This document shows positions 1 through 13,852 of a stretch of DNA of 64,000 bases, one piece after another (the first letter of the stretch is position 1; each line of letters opens with the position of its first letter). A program made the position numbers and the translations under genes. The notes under the pieces are model-generated. The model was given only the letters and a program-made list of their open reading frames with translations, made no database searches and was not told the origin of the DNA. The stretch comes from Squalus acanthias (taxonomy: Eukaryota): assembly GCA_030390025.1 (NCBI GenBank), contig CM059432.1, positions 131,008,001-131,072,000 of the forward strand. Direction: 5' to 3'.

Positions 1-560
1 AAGGATTCATTATTTTAAAATGTGCTGTAAATACCTCTGATCAAAATTGTAAAAGAGCTGTATTTATAAAAATAAAATCTAGTTTCATTCACTCTAAAGG
101 TCTTGTTTTGAAAATAATTAAAATATATTATTGGCTCCCTTTGTGAGCCAGTCCTTATTCCAGGTTAGCCAAAATGACACATGCTATAGAGAGTCTATCA
201 TATCTGTCACCATAACATGCATTATTTAGGGGGAAAGCTAGAGTCAGGTTGCAGGTGGCCAGGAAGGTGGAGATGCACACACCCTGTTTATGTACAAATC
301 GGCTGACCTGGTTTAGCTTGAAGTAATGCTATTTAGCTTGAAATCTATTGTTTTCAATTATATATATTTTGGGCAGATCAGTAGAATTGCCATATTGGCA
401 TTAATACCAAATATCCTTTCAAATTTACTAAATATCAGTGTGCTGTTTTTAACATGACTTGCACTACAGTAGGCGATGTATAAAATATAGAAATCACTAT
501 AGTAGGGGATGCAATAAAGAATAATAATAGACCTTGACAGAAGTTTTCTTTGTTGTAAAG

Positions 561-635
561 AATATAAGAAAGCTCGACAAGAAATCAAAAAGAAATCGTC
601 TGATACATTAAAACTTCAGAAGAAGGCAAAGAAAG
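561..635 (+). CDS. MTSS1: MTSS1 coding exon, IMD/I-BAR domain (EYKKARQEIKKKSSDTLKLQKKAKK)
   Basis: ttgtaaag|AA TAT AAG ... AAG AAA G|gtatg; 75 nt, phase 1/1; matches the vertebrate MTSS1 IMD basic patch as I recall it. Confidence 0.95.
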
Positions 636-1322
636 GTATGTTATTTCAAAATGCACATTTGTATTACTGTTTCTTTATATATAGTGCTATGTAAACATTT
701 TACCAGTAGGTTTATCTCATTAACTGCAATGGTTTTGGACCTACCTTTTCTGCACAACTGTGTGGTCTATTCATACAAAGTTATAGATATTGTAGCCCAG
801 TTCATATTAACTCAGCCAGAGGTGGATAGGTAGTAAATATTGGCTCACTACAGTTGTTTATGACTATAGCGATAAACTGTTGATTTGAGTAATACAGGAG
901 TGACCAAGCATGTTCTTAATGGTTTCAGGCATCATTACCCATTTCTGTGACCTCGTAATACAATATTATTTGAATTTGATTTACTCATAGTCAGCTTTTT
1001 AAAAACCCTTTCACTTCTTTTGTACAGACAGTAGCTTGTGCTTTGTGCCATTTACAGTCATGCTATTTCTTCCTGAGATTAATTGTCATACACCACTGAA
1101 AACAAGTCACAAGTACTGAGCAATCTCGACTGTTAATTTGCACTATGTATTTCTCCACCATTCTCCTTCAAGGAAAATAAATCAATGCCATCAGCATACG
1201 TCTAGGAGACATGATGCTATCAGTGCTGCTGTTTCTTGAATCCCAGGAAACTTAAGTAGCTCATGAGGTTATCTCTCCATCAAGTGACCAGGCCAAAGCA
1301 GCAAATGTTTACCTCTATTAAT

Positions 1323-2086
1323 GGCCCAGAAATTAAACATCGATGGTTCCCGCGGGGGTAAGGATTCCCCGCGATATCGCACTCCGCGCCTACCTTTTTG
1401 TTTGGGGCCCACACGAACTTTAGTTTCAGAGCCTCTTGTTGCAACCGTGCAGTGTGTGCGTATCCCAGAGGCGCAATTAGTTCGTGCGAGCTCTGGGATC
1501 ACGTGATTCAGTTAGAGCCAATGGCAGCACACCATCTTTCATTCATAGTTTTGACAGCAAGAGCTGTCAAAGCTATGAATACTACAAACCCCCAAAAGAA
1601 CAGCTAAACCTCAATTAAATTTAAAAAAAAAGCCATCACATTAATAAAATAAGTATAGTTAAATAAATTAACCACTTTAAACAAAAAATTAAATTTTTGA
1701 AAAAATTTAAAATCTTTTTAAAAGTTATAAAAATAAACTTACCTTTCTTTAAAGTCTCTAAAAAAAGATAAACCTGTTGAAAATTTTTTAAAATAACACT
1801 TAATTAACTACTTACCTTGTTAAAAGGGGGTCCTACGCCTGCTTTCTTTATGTGTAAAATCTTCACCACTTACCTGCGCGTTCAAAGCTGAAAAAAAAAC
1901 TAAGTGCACTGCGTGCGCACAGCCTGTAGCGCACACGCGGTTCACTTAGGAACCGCCCCCTTCGCAATTCACGAAGTGCCTGGTTTCCCGCGCATGCGCA
2001 GTGCATGCAGGAAACCGGCAATTCGGGATCTAATACGCGAGAGTACACAGTGCGTACTCTCGCGTATTAGGTTTAATTTTCGGGCC
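1323..2086. mobile_element. Non-autonomous DNA transposon (Harbinger-type MITE)
   Basis: Imperfect TIRs ggcccagaaattaaac / gtttaattttcgggcc; CpG-rich subterminal arms with an AT-rich centre. Confidence 0.75.
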
Positions 2087-5000
2087 ATTATCACAAAGAT
2101 AAGTACAGATGAGAAAGACTGCTCCAAGCTTATTCTTCTGTAGGAATCTGCAGTCCCCCATCACAGTATCTAATGGTCATTTGAATAATTCTCGTGTTCA
2201 TGCTGCCATACCTGGAAGACCATTTTCTTTTTCTCCTGCTAATCTGTCCTCATCCACACCATTGTTTAATGTTTGGTAATTTAAGAAGTTTACAGCAACA
2301 GGTTCTGCAAATCAGTACTTGTACAATATCTCCCACCTGGGGTTATTTTTATTGGGAATCTAATCCACAATGAAGGAAGCAAAATTCAGCATCCACATGT
2401 TGGAAAGAATCCTACAATGACTGATTATGAACTCTGCATTTTTCTTCATTTATTATCTTCCACATGCCTTAGGAGTTAGTCCAGGTCTGAATTTGTTCTC
2501 TGAAAACCATGCATTGGCCATGCCATTTTGACATCAGAGACTTGGTGCTTTAAATGGCATACTCCTCCTGTGTCATATATAAGCCCTGAGCACGTGCCGA
2601 AGCATCAGTTCATTCTGAGTTCAACTCAGTTTCTTGTGAATGCAACATCCTTTTTAAATATAGAATATACTAGCAAAATTCAAATTTGATGAGACAATTT
2701 TCGTACATTTTTAAAGGTGATTTTTTTTTTAGGTCAGATCCAATTAACAGCAACATTGCTGTTTGTTTCATGGCAGACTGAAACTCTAATTACAGTCAAA
2801 TGCTGCAAACCTATCATGAAAACTAATTCAGTACAGCTGTTTGCAATCTTTCTAGAAGGAAATTTTTTGTGAACAAAGAATGGCTACTATTTAAAGCAGT
2901 TAAATTAAAACTGATTTTAGTTATATTTGTTTCTATTGTTTTGGGTCACTGCACATTTATGATCAGAGTGTAACTTCTGGCACAGATTATAGTCAAGAAA
3001 TTAGGCCATTGTAGCATATAATCATGCCACGGATTTCCACTAGTATTCTAATTTTAAAACTATTGCAAATAGAATTTTTGGTCATGCACAGAAAGTCCAA
3101 ATCCCTTGGATCCTTTGTCTTAATTCTCCAGAGTTTTTAATAAACATTTTCTATTACTTATTATGATAGCATTCCTACATGCTTTGTTGAACACAATTTA
3201 TCTTTTTTCCTAAAGCCAACTTTAAAGTTACGCTTGCTTTGCTCAATACCAAAAACTATTTGCTCTAGGGCGAACAACTGGGATTACATCAAATACTAAT
3301 GTTTCATTTTGTGTCACAGCTGTCCCACGTCTTTGCTAGTTATTTTTTCAAATGTATTGTATGCTTTTTTTAATGTAAAACAAAAATGAGTTAAGTACTT
3401 TGGCACATCACAAATCTCCACAAGAGTAAGATTGCTGTATGAAAGGCATCAGTTTATTAATGAAAGATTTCATACAGAATCTTAAATCAATACGCGAGTA
3501 TTGGGCAAAACATTTTATGATGCGAAGCTGCCCTGTAAATTTTGGCCATACATGGTTTTAGTAGAAAAATTGATCTACCAACAGTAATCCCAAGCACATC
3601 TCATCCATTTTTTAAAGAAAAATGGTTGGGTGTGTGTTCGAGTGTAGGATATAACACTCAAAGGTCTTGGATGCTGTTCAGTTCTTAACCTCATCCAGTC
3701 TCATTGAGTGTTAATGTTGCAACATAACCATCTGGTCTCCAGCGCATTAGAGGAAAACTGAAGATACTTAATTTGATAAATGTCAATTTACTGAGTTCTT
3801 TATTCTGACCTGAGCAGCTGTATTGTGGACATATTCAGCTCGTAATGTTGTCCTTGTTTGAGATGTGTTGAAGAAATTCTGACTTTGATCTAATAGCAGT
3901 AGTGCCTACCTTAATGAAAGACAAGAACTAGCTTTGCAAAAGCTTTGATAGTGGGGGGGAAAATTAATTCATATATTTGAGCTCTCCGCTTGATCTGGAA
4001 ATCAGTGTATTATTTGCTTTTGACAAGTATTTTAATTCTGAAAACTCAATTGTGCAGTTTTCAGCTTTAAAAGCAAATCCTGGTGGAGCTAGTTTTTAAG
4101 GTATAGTTCAACACTCCATGATTTATGTGTTAATATGTGCTCTATGTGGAATAAAAAACTAAGAGTAAGTTGCATGTTAAACTATTCCCTCTTCCAAACT
4201 GCATTAAGTTGCAGTTTACAGAGAATCCTCGCCTTGTGAGCCATTCACCACTGAATCTCATCTTTGAGGTGACACTATCTATGTCACCAGCCTCATTTGT
4301 AATTCTGGTTCTTCTTTCTCCCACTGAAAGAGACTAATCTTGCGCATTTAAAAAAAAAAAAAATCATAATACAGATTCCTTTCAGTTGATAATGGTTGGA
4401 ATGTGCAGAATTGGCTGAGTTTGCTTTTGTGTTTATAAATCTGATTGAATCCTGAATGCTTACTATGATTGTTTTATGTCGTTTATCATAATTCAAATAT
4501 GCAATTGTGATATTAGTGTATAGAAGATGTTATGCTTTTTAAACAAATCAATTGAATCTTTTCTCTACTCGCACCCCCCCCCCCAACATTTACATTGCCT
4601 TTGCCTAACATAATAAGGAACATTTTAAAATTGACTAATATTAAAAGTGTAACCCTCGATTTGACTAACCTGAAAAGTATATTGCTGTATTTTTCAAATG
4701 GAAATACAAGTACTGGTTGACTCTGGTAAATTTCTGTATGGACAGTTCTGTGGATTATTAACAACTTGACAATGTGAAGTCTGCTCATATAGGATTACAT
4801 AGGATATACGGCACAGAAACAGGCCATTCGGCCCAACCAGTCCAGGCGTTTATGCTCCATCTTTATACTCATCTGTCTAAGTAGTGTGGGTTCACCAGGA
4901 TAAATCTGATCATCTGGATTGGGTGTTTTTTTTTTGCTGGAATATTGTGCAATAGCAATCCTCAAAGCAGCTATTATGCTGAACTCTAGAACTTAGGCTG

Positions 5001-5680
5001 TTCTAGATAAGTCCCAACTCTCAGAGTATATTTACCAACCTTAATATCCAGATAAGCTTTTCTTGTAAAAAGATGTGCCCAGGATAACTAACCGTGCAAT
5101 TGCTTTTAACTGTTGGGAATTATTCTGTGCCTCCATAGGATCTCTCACCAGTCTTCAGTGAACAAAAGAGCATCACAACATCAGACCTCATTTGAAGTTT
5201 AAATTATTAATTTAATATGAGTAAATGAACCAGTGATATAATAAATATATATTTTTTACAAAGGAAATCCTTCTCTCTGCCTCCTCCAAATGAAAATAAC
5301 AAGGTTGCAATGTAAAGCTAGTTGTTCTTTTGTAGAATGCTTTTATATATACGCAGTGTTTCTTTTCTTATCTTTTGTAACTGCAGGAGCTAGCTAGTCT
5401 ACTTCAATTTTCTGTAACAATTCAAAACAGTTCTACCCTCTTCTACTAAACTCCACATTCAGCTCTGTTCTTTTCTTTAAATATCCTTGAAATCAGTTAC
5501 TGGGACCTCATGCATATTGAATAAACGTCAACCACATTCGAAAATAAGTTGCTGCCATACATACAGTATAACTAAATTAATCATATTTTAGAATTGGTTT
5601 GAAAGTTGCTTGGCTCTATTTTTCCAGCCTTACAGATACCTGAACTGAACTTAATGCATTTGTATTCACTCGCTCTTTTT

Positions 5681-6143
5681 GTCAGTTGTAGCTCAGCAGT
5701 AGTACACTCTCCTCTGAATCAGAAAGTTGTGGGTTCAAGTCCCACTCCACAGTCTTGAGTACATAATCTAGGCTGACACTTCAGTGCAGTACTGAAGGAG
5801 TACTGCACTGTTGGAGGTGCCGTCTTTCAGATGAGACATTAAACCAAGGCCCCATCTGCCCACCCAGGTGGACGTAAAAGATCCCATGGCACTATTTCGA
5901 AGAAGAACAGGAGAGTGTTCCCGGTGTCCCGGCCAATATTTATCCTTCACCCAACATCACTAAAGCAGATTATCTGGTCATTATCACATTGCTGTTTGTG
6001 GGAGCTTGCTGTGCGCAAATTGGCTGCTGCGTTTCCTACATTACAACAGTGACTACTTCAAAAGTACTTCATTGGCTGTAAAGCGCTTTGGGACGTCCCA
6101 AAGCCGTGAAAGGGACTATATAAATGCAAGTCTTTCTTTTCTT
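5681..6143 (+). mobile_element. tRNA-derived SINE with L2-type tail (SacSINE1/DeuSINE-like)
   Basis: A-box-like tagctcagcag, B-box gggttcaagtc, tail aagcgctttgggacg...tataaatgcaagtctttctt; several copies in the window. Confidence 0.85.
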
Positions 6144-6869
6144 GAGCTAAGATTCTGTCTGTTGCTAGTTTTCTTTAAAACTCCTTGTGTATTGTGACCA
6201 GATTTGAAGGCATAGCCTTTAACTCAAAACTAGACAAACAAGTGGTGACATTCAGTTATGGATTTTTCCAATACCAGTATGTAATTGTCCTCAAGTCATT
6301 CTCAGTGCTGGCCACTCTGGACTGTCATTTTTATGATACCATTTGACAAAGACAACCATCTTCTTCTAAAGTGGGACTTGTCGTCTTTCTTACAAGTCTC
6401 TGCCCTGCTGGGAGTTGACTACTTAGCTAAACACTCTAAGATGGAATCCTTGCTCCCAGCTTATTTTCTAATGTTACAAGGGAGCTTCAAAGCTATGCCC
6501 TGTGTCAGGAAGTTTTGATGGAATTCTTGTCCTGAAACCATGAAATGCATTCTTAAATAGCAGTGTGTCATTTTCATTAAATGGAAACTCATATTCAAAA
6601 CAACTCCAATCCTCCGATATTGATAGATACTAGCTGATTGCAGAGGACCTCAGCTCTTCCCGCAGGTGCCTCTCGGTAATGAATTTGCTGTTGTCTAGCT
6701 GCACAGTGATTTGTAGCCGTACCTAAATGGCTGGCTAGTTCGAGCTTTCAGCTGGAACTCAGCCAAGCAAGTGGTCCAGTGAGTAATCAATGTCTTCGAG
6801 TGGTTGGGCTTTTGGTCAATCGTGAGAAGTTGCAGCCGAACCCCATGCAATGCCTTGTGTCTCTACGTT

Positions 6870-7190
6870 GTCAGCTTGTCTCAGTTGATCTATTCTTGCT
6901 TTGAGTCAGAAGGTTATGTGGTTCAAATCTCACTCAGGCCTTGAGCACATGTTGTAGGCTGACACACTAATGCAAGGGAGTGCTCCATTGTTGGAGATCC
7001 CATTCTTCTGATGAGAGGTTACATTGAGACCCCATTTGCCTGTTCAGGTGTACCAAAAGATCCCACAGCATTATTCTTAAAAAAAAAAATAGCAGGGAGT
7101 TTTCCCTTCAACCACCACTGAAAACAGATTGATTCATCATTTACCTCATGCAGTTTGTGGGATCTTGCACAACATGGCTGTAGCATTTAC
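6870..7190 (+). mobile_element. Degenerate copy of the same SINE family
   Basis: tgagtcagaaggttatgtggttcaaatctcactc...aaagatcccacagca, similar to 5681-6143. Confidence 0.65.
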
Positions 7191-7195
7191 CTATA

Positions 7196-7775
7196 TTATA
7201 GAATCATACATCACAGAAGGAGGCCATTTGGCCCATCGTGCCTGTGCCAGCTCTCTGAAAGAGCTACTAATTAGTCCCACTCTTTCCCCATAGCCCTGCA
7301 AATGTTCCCTTTTTAAATAGAGATCCAATTCCCTTTTGAAAGTTACTGTTGAATCTGTTTCCTTCACCTTTTCAGGCACTGCATTCCAGATCATCATAAC
7401 TTGCTGAGTAAAAAATATTCTTGGCTCACCTCCCCCGCCCCAGCTTTTTTGCAAAATACCTTAGGTCTGTGTCCTCTGGTTACTGCCAGTGGAAACAGTT
7501 TCTCCCTATCTACTCTATCAAATCCCCTCATTATTTTGAACACCTCTATTAAATTTCCCCTTCACCTTCTCTGCTCTAAGGAGAACAATCCCAGCTTCTT
7601 TAGTGTCTCCAGATAACTGAAAGTTCTCATCTCTGGTACCATTCTAGTAAATCTCCTCTGCACCCTCTCAAAAGCCTTGACGTCCTTTCTAAAGTGTGGT
7701 GCCCAGAACTGAACACAGTACTCTAGTGATTTATAAAGGTTTAGCATAACTTACTTGCTTTTGTTCTCTGTGCCT
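7196..7775 (-). mobile_element. CR1 LINE 3' fragment
   Basis: Minus ORF LEYCVQFWAPHFRKDVKAFERVQRRFTRM (CR1 ORF2 C-terminus) and CR1-type 3' tail. Confidence 0.9.
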
Positions 7776-8759
7776 CATATATATACACATAATGGTGACT
7801 ATACTTTCAGAGTAATTCTTAGAGACATTTCTGATGGATGTGATAATATGCTTTGTAAATGCAGCTCTTTCTTTTCAAGGCAGAGTCTTGTACATGGTTC
7901 CTAGTGCACACCTGTTTGAAAGCACTTCAATTGAATTTTCTCAGATAGTGATCCCCTGCCAACTCCCCTTGCCGTAACTGGTTCGTGTGAACAGTGCGAT
8001 AACACTGGAATTCCAGTCTTCCTTCAGCCACTTGCCTCAATTCACAATAGTGATGGATGCTTCCCTGTTGGGCTGGGAGCATGGGAGGTGAATCTTTGAA
8101 CAGTCCAGGTGGCATGTCAACCTCTTGGAGTTTCTGGCAGTGGTTCTGGCATTGAAGCATTTTCTGCTGTTTATCCAGGGCAAGGCAGTCTGCCGTTGGA
8201 TAGATAATACAATTACATCAACAACTGAGGAACAGGAGCTCATTCCCATACATTTCTTTGGGATGCAATATCATTGCCACATTGGTGATGGCTAAAGGAA
8301 TCTTTCTTTTGACCCTTCATTTAGTAGGAGTGGACTAGTGTAGGACAGATGTTCTGTCACCTTGCAATCCATCCGCAAAAATAGAAAGGTCTGTTTATTC
8401 TCAGGTAATTAAAGGAATTTTCCTCAAATTGCAAGGTCTGAAATCAGCCTGTTTGCATTGCCATTCATGCTTGTTCTAGTCAGCCGTGATTCTTGGTGAA
8501 CTTAGTAATTAACAGTGCCAGCATTTGTTATTATTTTGCAGGAAGGACTTGCTGGCATAGTGGGAGGGCCATATTCTGCATCCAAAGCCAGAATATTTTC
8601 AGCTGGCAGTATGGTTATTGTACAATGTTGACTTCTAGACTAAGATCTTCCCTCATTGGTGGTTGACAAGTGGTGTTCCCCAGAGACTTGTACCGGGGCC
8701 TCCGCTTTTCACCCTATATATCAAACTCTTTGACGAAGGAATAGTGAGTGTATATCCAA

Positions 8760-9153
8760 CTTCCTCCCTTTTGTATTACAATCTCTTGAGATAAAGGCCA
8801 CCATTCCATTAGCCTTTCTGATTACTTTTTGTAGCTTGTGTACCTGGACACCCAAATCCTTTTGCTCCTCCACAGTTTCTAGTTTCTCGTCATTAAGAAA
8901 ATATTCTGATTTGTCTTTCTTGGATCCAAAGTGGATGACCTCACACTTCCCCACATTGAACTCCATCCGCCACAGTTTTGCTCACTCACTTAATCTGTCT
9001 ATGTCCTTTTATAACTTTCTGCTCCCATCTGCACAACTTGTCGTTCCTCCTAATTTAATGTCATCTGCAAACCTGGATGTACAACTTTTTATTCCTTCAT
9101 CCAAGTCATTGATATATATGGTGAAAAGCTGAAGTCCCAGTTCAGAACACCAT
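8760..9153 (-). mobile_element. CR1 LINE RT fragment, interrupted at ~9153 and resuming at ~14104
   Basis: LFTIYINDLDEGI...FADDIKLGG and MEFNVGKCEVIHFG. Confidence 0.88.
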
Positions 9154-10768
9154 GGGCCAGAATTTGCTGGAGCGGGGCATCCACGGCGTGGATTTTTTCC
9201 CCTCACCCTTCAGCTCAATGTTTTTGTGCCACAAGTTGCTGGAAGTGCGAGTTGATAATGGCATGGCGAGGGCAACGGAGCATCTGGGACCTGTAATGAC
9301 TGGACAAAAGGTCTATCTCTTAACCCAATGTAATTTAAGGATAGATAAAGAAACAGGAATGGCGGAGAAGGACATAGGGTGAATTAGAGTCAAATTAGAT
9401 ACAGAAAGAAATAGAGAGGGAAAGAAAGATTGGATTAAGAGACAGAGGAAAAAAAGAAACATAAAGGAAAAGTAAGAAAAATAATTAAATTTAAAAAAAC
9501 CTCTAGAAACAATTTAATTACCTGGAGGAGTGCGACTCCAAAGTTTCAATTGTTCCCTATCTGGGTCTCCAAGGTTGAGTGGCATTGCAGGAACATAACT
9601 CTCGTCATTAAAAAGGTCCTATGTCGTTAAATAGCAATCCTAAATTTCTACAGCGAGTTTAATTCTTATTTATGGCACAAATCCAGCAATTTCTTAAAAC
9701 TCATGGGGGGGGAAATTCAGTTGGTTGCGCCTCCCGTTAGCGCCATAAGAGGGCGCTAATGGGGCGCAAAGCAACTAGCGCCCGGGCGCGGCGATGTTTG
9801 CGCCACTCGCGAAATTAACAACATTTTGCAGCGGCGCTAAACACTACAGCCACGATCTCCTGCGCCAGCAGATCATGACGTCAGTTGAGTGCGCAGCGCC
9901 CCGGAGCAGATATTGAGTGGCGCCCCCTGCCTTACTGCCTGCCGCTAGCAACGACAGGTTAAGGGGAGTGTTTTGCAGTCAGGAAGGGACTGGGGGAGCG
10001 CTATTTAAAGGCGACCGCTTCCTGCCTTTTTTTGTTGGTGACATTTTTGAACCACGCATTCTGAGAGAGAGAGAGAGACTTCTGGAGAGATTCAACGCTG
10101 TGTGAAGGAGTTTTGGGTACTGAGCAGCACTTTGCAGGTTCATTTTGATTTGCCCTTCCTTGTATCGATTTAGAAGAGACTATGGGGGTTGCACTCTGAG
10201 CTCTTTCCCTGGTACTCTCCATTGTTCTTTCCAGCAGATTTGATGTACAGGTCTCTCCAGGCCGAGATTCAAGGCTGCAATGAGCAGGATGTGGATGGAA
10301 AGCAAGATCAACCCTCCCCTTTAAGAACTGGCCGGCGCCATTGTGTGTGTGTTCCATTGCTGACTAACATCACATGAGCTTTGCCAGCGCTCTGAGTTAG
10401 CGCCTCGGCCTTTGCGCCTTAAGACAGATGTGTAGCGCCTGATTTAGCGCTCCAATCACCTCCAGGGGCGATAAAAGTCAAGTTTGCAGTCGGAGGCGAT
10501 AATTAGCGCCAGGCGCTAATCTTTGCGTCCGGCCGATAATTGCGCCCCAAATGGGGCGATACTGAATTTCTCCCCCTTGTAGATTGACAGTGAGATTGAT
10601 GGTGAGATCCTGTTTTTGCGAAGCAAACGGCAGAGCGCAGCAAATCATCTTAAAACTCATGGGGGGGAAAAATTCAGTTGGTTGCGCCACAAATTGCTGG
10701 GCTTTTTTACGCACAAATAACAATGTACGCATTAAACTCACCGTTATTTTCCCAGCAAATTCTGGGCC
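9154..10768. mobile_element. Harbinger-type MITE (family A) containing a nested element
   Basis: TIRs gggccagaatttgctgg / ccagcaaattctgggcc; internal sequence resembles 29896-30703. Confidence 0.8.
9705..10576 (+). mobile_element. Non-autonomous Harbinger derivative (family B), copy 1
   Basis: TIRs gggggg(g)aaattcagt / actgaatttctccccc; close reverse-complement copy at 31536-32415; strand label is relative to copy 2. Confidence 0.85.
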
Positions 10769-11298
10769 TCTGGGCTCGATTTTACCAGCCCAGAGGAGGC
10801 GGGTTTGGAGGAGGATCAGGTGGTAAAATGGCTAAAAATGCCAGCGGGTTCCGATCCCGCCGTCAACCCGCCTCCGTGAAACTTTTCCAAAGGCGGGCTT
10901 GCAGACTCCCGTTCGGTCCCGCCACCAAGCAGTGGGATAGGCCCTTAAGGCAGTTAACTGGTTGTTAACTGCCTGTGTAATCCTATTTTGCCTGCCCTTT
11001 TAAATTTTACCACATTTTCAGCGTGTTCCACGTCGTTCCCAAACGACACCAGCTAATTGTGTCGGGTTCACAAGTGGCTGCCTTCTTGACAGCTGCAGCT
11101 CCAGCATAAAAACGGAGCTCACAACAAGGATCAGTTGCAGGTGGCAGAACTTTGTTTTTTCAGGTCTTGGAAAACTTTTTGCAGGTCTACTGATCTTGGA
11201 AGTGGTGAAGCTGAGATCCATCTCCACTGTGACCTCCTGGGAAAACCGTCTCCCCACATTGACTGAGCGCTCCTTCAACGGAGATATCTACCAGCAGC

Positions 11299-11770
11299 AT
11301 GGGAACCATTTATTTCCTTTCATCCTGGTCCTCAGATTTGGAGGACGAGCAGCCGCGGCAGTAGCAGAACCAGGCACAACAGCAGCGCCAACCTCAGCCA
11401 CCTGATGGTGCACAGGGCAGAAGGCGTCAGCGCAGGGCTGCACCCCGCCGCAGGAGATACCCCCAACACGGTTTACAGGCCAAGGATGACCTTTCTCAAC
11501 ATGACTGAGCAGCAGTGCCAAAGGAGGCTGAGACTTTCGCGAGAGGTAGTCGCTGACATCTGCGCAATGCTGCACCAACACCTGGAGCCCAGAGGAGCGG
11601 GTGGACACCCTTTACCAGTGGCTGTCAGTCACTACCGCCCTCAATTTCTTTGCTTCAGGGTCCTTCCAGGGATCATCAGTGACACCTCCCAGTCGGCCGC
11701 ACACACTTGCATCACGCAAGTAACCGATGACCTCTTTGTCAAGGCGCACAATTACATACACTTCCATTTC
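11299..11770 (+). pseudogene. Harbinger (HARBI1-like) transposase, N-terminal remnant
   Basis: YRPRMTFLNMTEQQCQRRLRLSREVVADICAML...SQSAAHTCITQVTDDLF..AHNYIHF; stops and frameshifts; no DDE core visible. Confidence 0.8.
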
Positions 11771-11915
11771 CGTGATCACATAGGCCAGAACTTAAACTGT
11801 TTGCCATCACTTCTGTTTAATCCATTCACAAAAGGATAGCAATGTCAAATATTAAAGAAAACAAAAGACAACAGAACAGAACACCCAAGTGACTACCCTT
11901 GTGACTAATTGTACT

Positions 11916-13852
11916 TTATCTTCCTCTTACGCGTGCTTCTACGTGGTGCCTCCCTGTGGCTTCAGCAGATGTGGAGGCACCTTGCTCACTTTCATGCTGC
12001 TCCTGCTTCGACACGTTTGGCGGGCGTCCACTGGGTTTGTGAGTCTGTGAGGGCTCGTCAACAGTCTGCTCCTCCTGCGGCTGTGCAGGGGCTGAGACGC
12101 TCATCTCAGTTAGGTGAGGACTCTAGTGGGGCTCTGACCGAGGGCTGCTCAGTGGCATGGGAGTGTGAGCGCTTGGGAGGAGCCCCCACTTCCTAGTTGC
12201 CTGCCACCAACATCCCTCTCATGGGTCAGCCCCACTTCAGTGCTAGCAGGTGGCTTGACAGCACCTTGCTGCACATCAGGGGGGCCATAAGGACCCGTAT
12301 CTGCACTGGCAGTCCTACTCAAAAGGACTTCCATGAAGCTCTGGTTTCTCTGCTCAATAGCTGCCCATCGCTCCTCCAGAGATGTCAGTCTATTCTGAAC
12401 ATTCACCATGTTTTCCTGACTCTGGCGACTTATTTCCTCCATGACCGTAGCCAGCCTTTCCACGGAGGTTGCCATCCTTTCCGTGGTGGTGCGTTCTTGC
12501 ACCATTGCCTCCACAAAGGCACTGCTCATGTTAGACATTGACTCCTCCATCCACTCCACACTCGCAGTAACTCTGGAGACAAAACCTGCCAGAGACTCCT
12601 GCATTTGTTCCTGGAGTTCCAGCACCGCTCTCTTTCAGGATGGCCCCAGAGGCACAGGGTCCACATGCAGCTGAGCAGAGCTGGGAGTGCCCTGCGGCCT
12701 CCAACGAGGACTCTCCACTGCTGTCCCTGTCTCCACCATCTGCTGATGCTCACTTGTGAGCTGTGATACACCAGGTGACAAACGCTACTCTTATCTCCCG
12801 AAGGTCCCACTGAGGTGTGCGTTTCTGCGCTGGTGCTGGGTGCGCTTAATTCTGCTGACGCTGTGCCCTCAGAGGTTGCAGGTTCCTCTGAAGAGTCTTC
12901 TGGCTCCGACTCTTCCTCCTGGACAGTGGGGCGGGGGGCTGTCGATGGTCCTGTGGGGGAGTAAAGGCATGAGTTAGACATGTGATATTAACGTAGCATG
13001 CACATGGACTTGTGCAGATGATCATGTCAATCTGTATGAGCATCAGAAGCCATATCAGTCACTCATGCAATGTAAACGAGAGAGATGCAAAACTATTGTC
13101 ACCAGCTTGCTCTGATGCGCCCGTCTGTCTGTCCATCCCCCACTTCCAGATCCTCCTCGGCTCCAATGATCTCTAGGGCCGCCTCCTCAGCGCTGGTGGG
13201 ATGGGCTATTGAGGGTGGCCCTCCTCCTGTCTTTGCCCTTTCCCTCTTATTGTGGGCTCTCTTTTCCTGCAATGGGGGACGCAAGTGGAGTTTGAGTGAG
13301 AATGATGGAGTGAGTATAGAGAATCCATAGCATAGATGCTTAGAAGGAGACAAAGATGCAGTGAGGTCCCAATACCAAGGGCCCTCCCTGTGTGTTGTTA
13401 GTTGTTATGGCATAACAGTGATAGGGAGTGTGAGGGCAGCATAGTCGAATAGTGAAGTGATTGTGTACATAGAGAGAGAGAGAGAGGGATGGTTCAGGGT
13501 GCAAGGGATGTAAGGGTAAAGTGGGATGTGTAGGAGTAGGTTGACAATGCAGAGTGCTGATCCTGAGAGGAGATGGGGAGCAGAATGAGGGTAATGGTGA
13601 TGGTATACTCACTCTTCCTGTGTGGACAAGGTCATTGAACCTCTTTCGGCACTGCAGCCAGGTTCTGCTGCACAACGATCTGGAGCTTACCTCCTGTGCC
13701 AGTTGCAGCCACACAGCTTTGGTCTGCTGGGGAGATTTTTTCCTCCCAGAGGAAGGAAAGAGCACCTCCTTTTGAGCTCTGGCTCCCACCACCAGAGCAT
13801 GGAGGCAGTCATCATCGAAGCGAGGTGAGGCCCTGGGCCTTGAGCTAGACAT
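11916..13852 (-). pseudogene. Harbinger Myb/SANT-like DNA-binding gene, three exons (13852-13613, 13266-13103, 12950-~11916)
   Basis: RASPRFDDDCLHALV...W..LAQEVSS...RTWLQCRKRFNDL|gtgagt; ttgcag|EKRAHNKRERAKTGGGPP; acidic and coiled-coil-like third exon with frameshifts. Confidence 0.82.

Noticed and set aside
5681..5750. tRNA gene (also 61400-61490)
   Set aside because: A/B boxes run into SINE or LINE bodies; no complete cloverleaf is visible.
10001..10357. ORF MEHTHNG... repeated at 31760..32074 as a duplicated gene
   Set aside because: The similarity comes from two copies of one transposon; there is no recognisable domain and the C-termini differ by frameshift.
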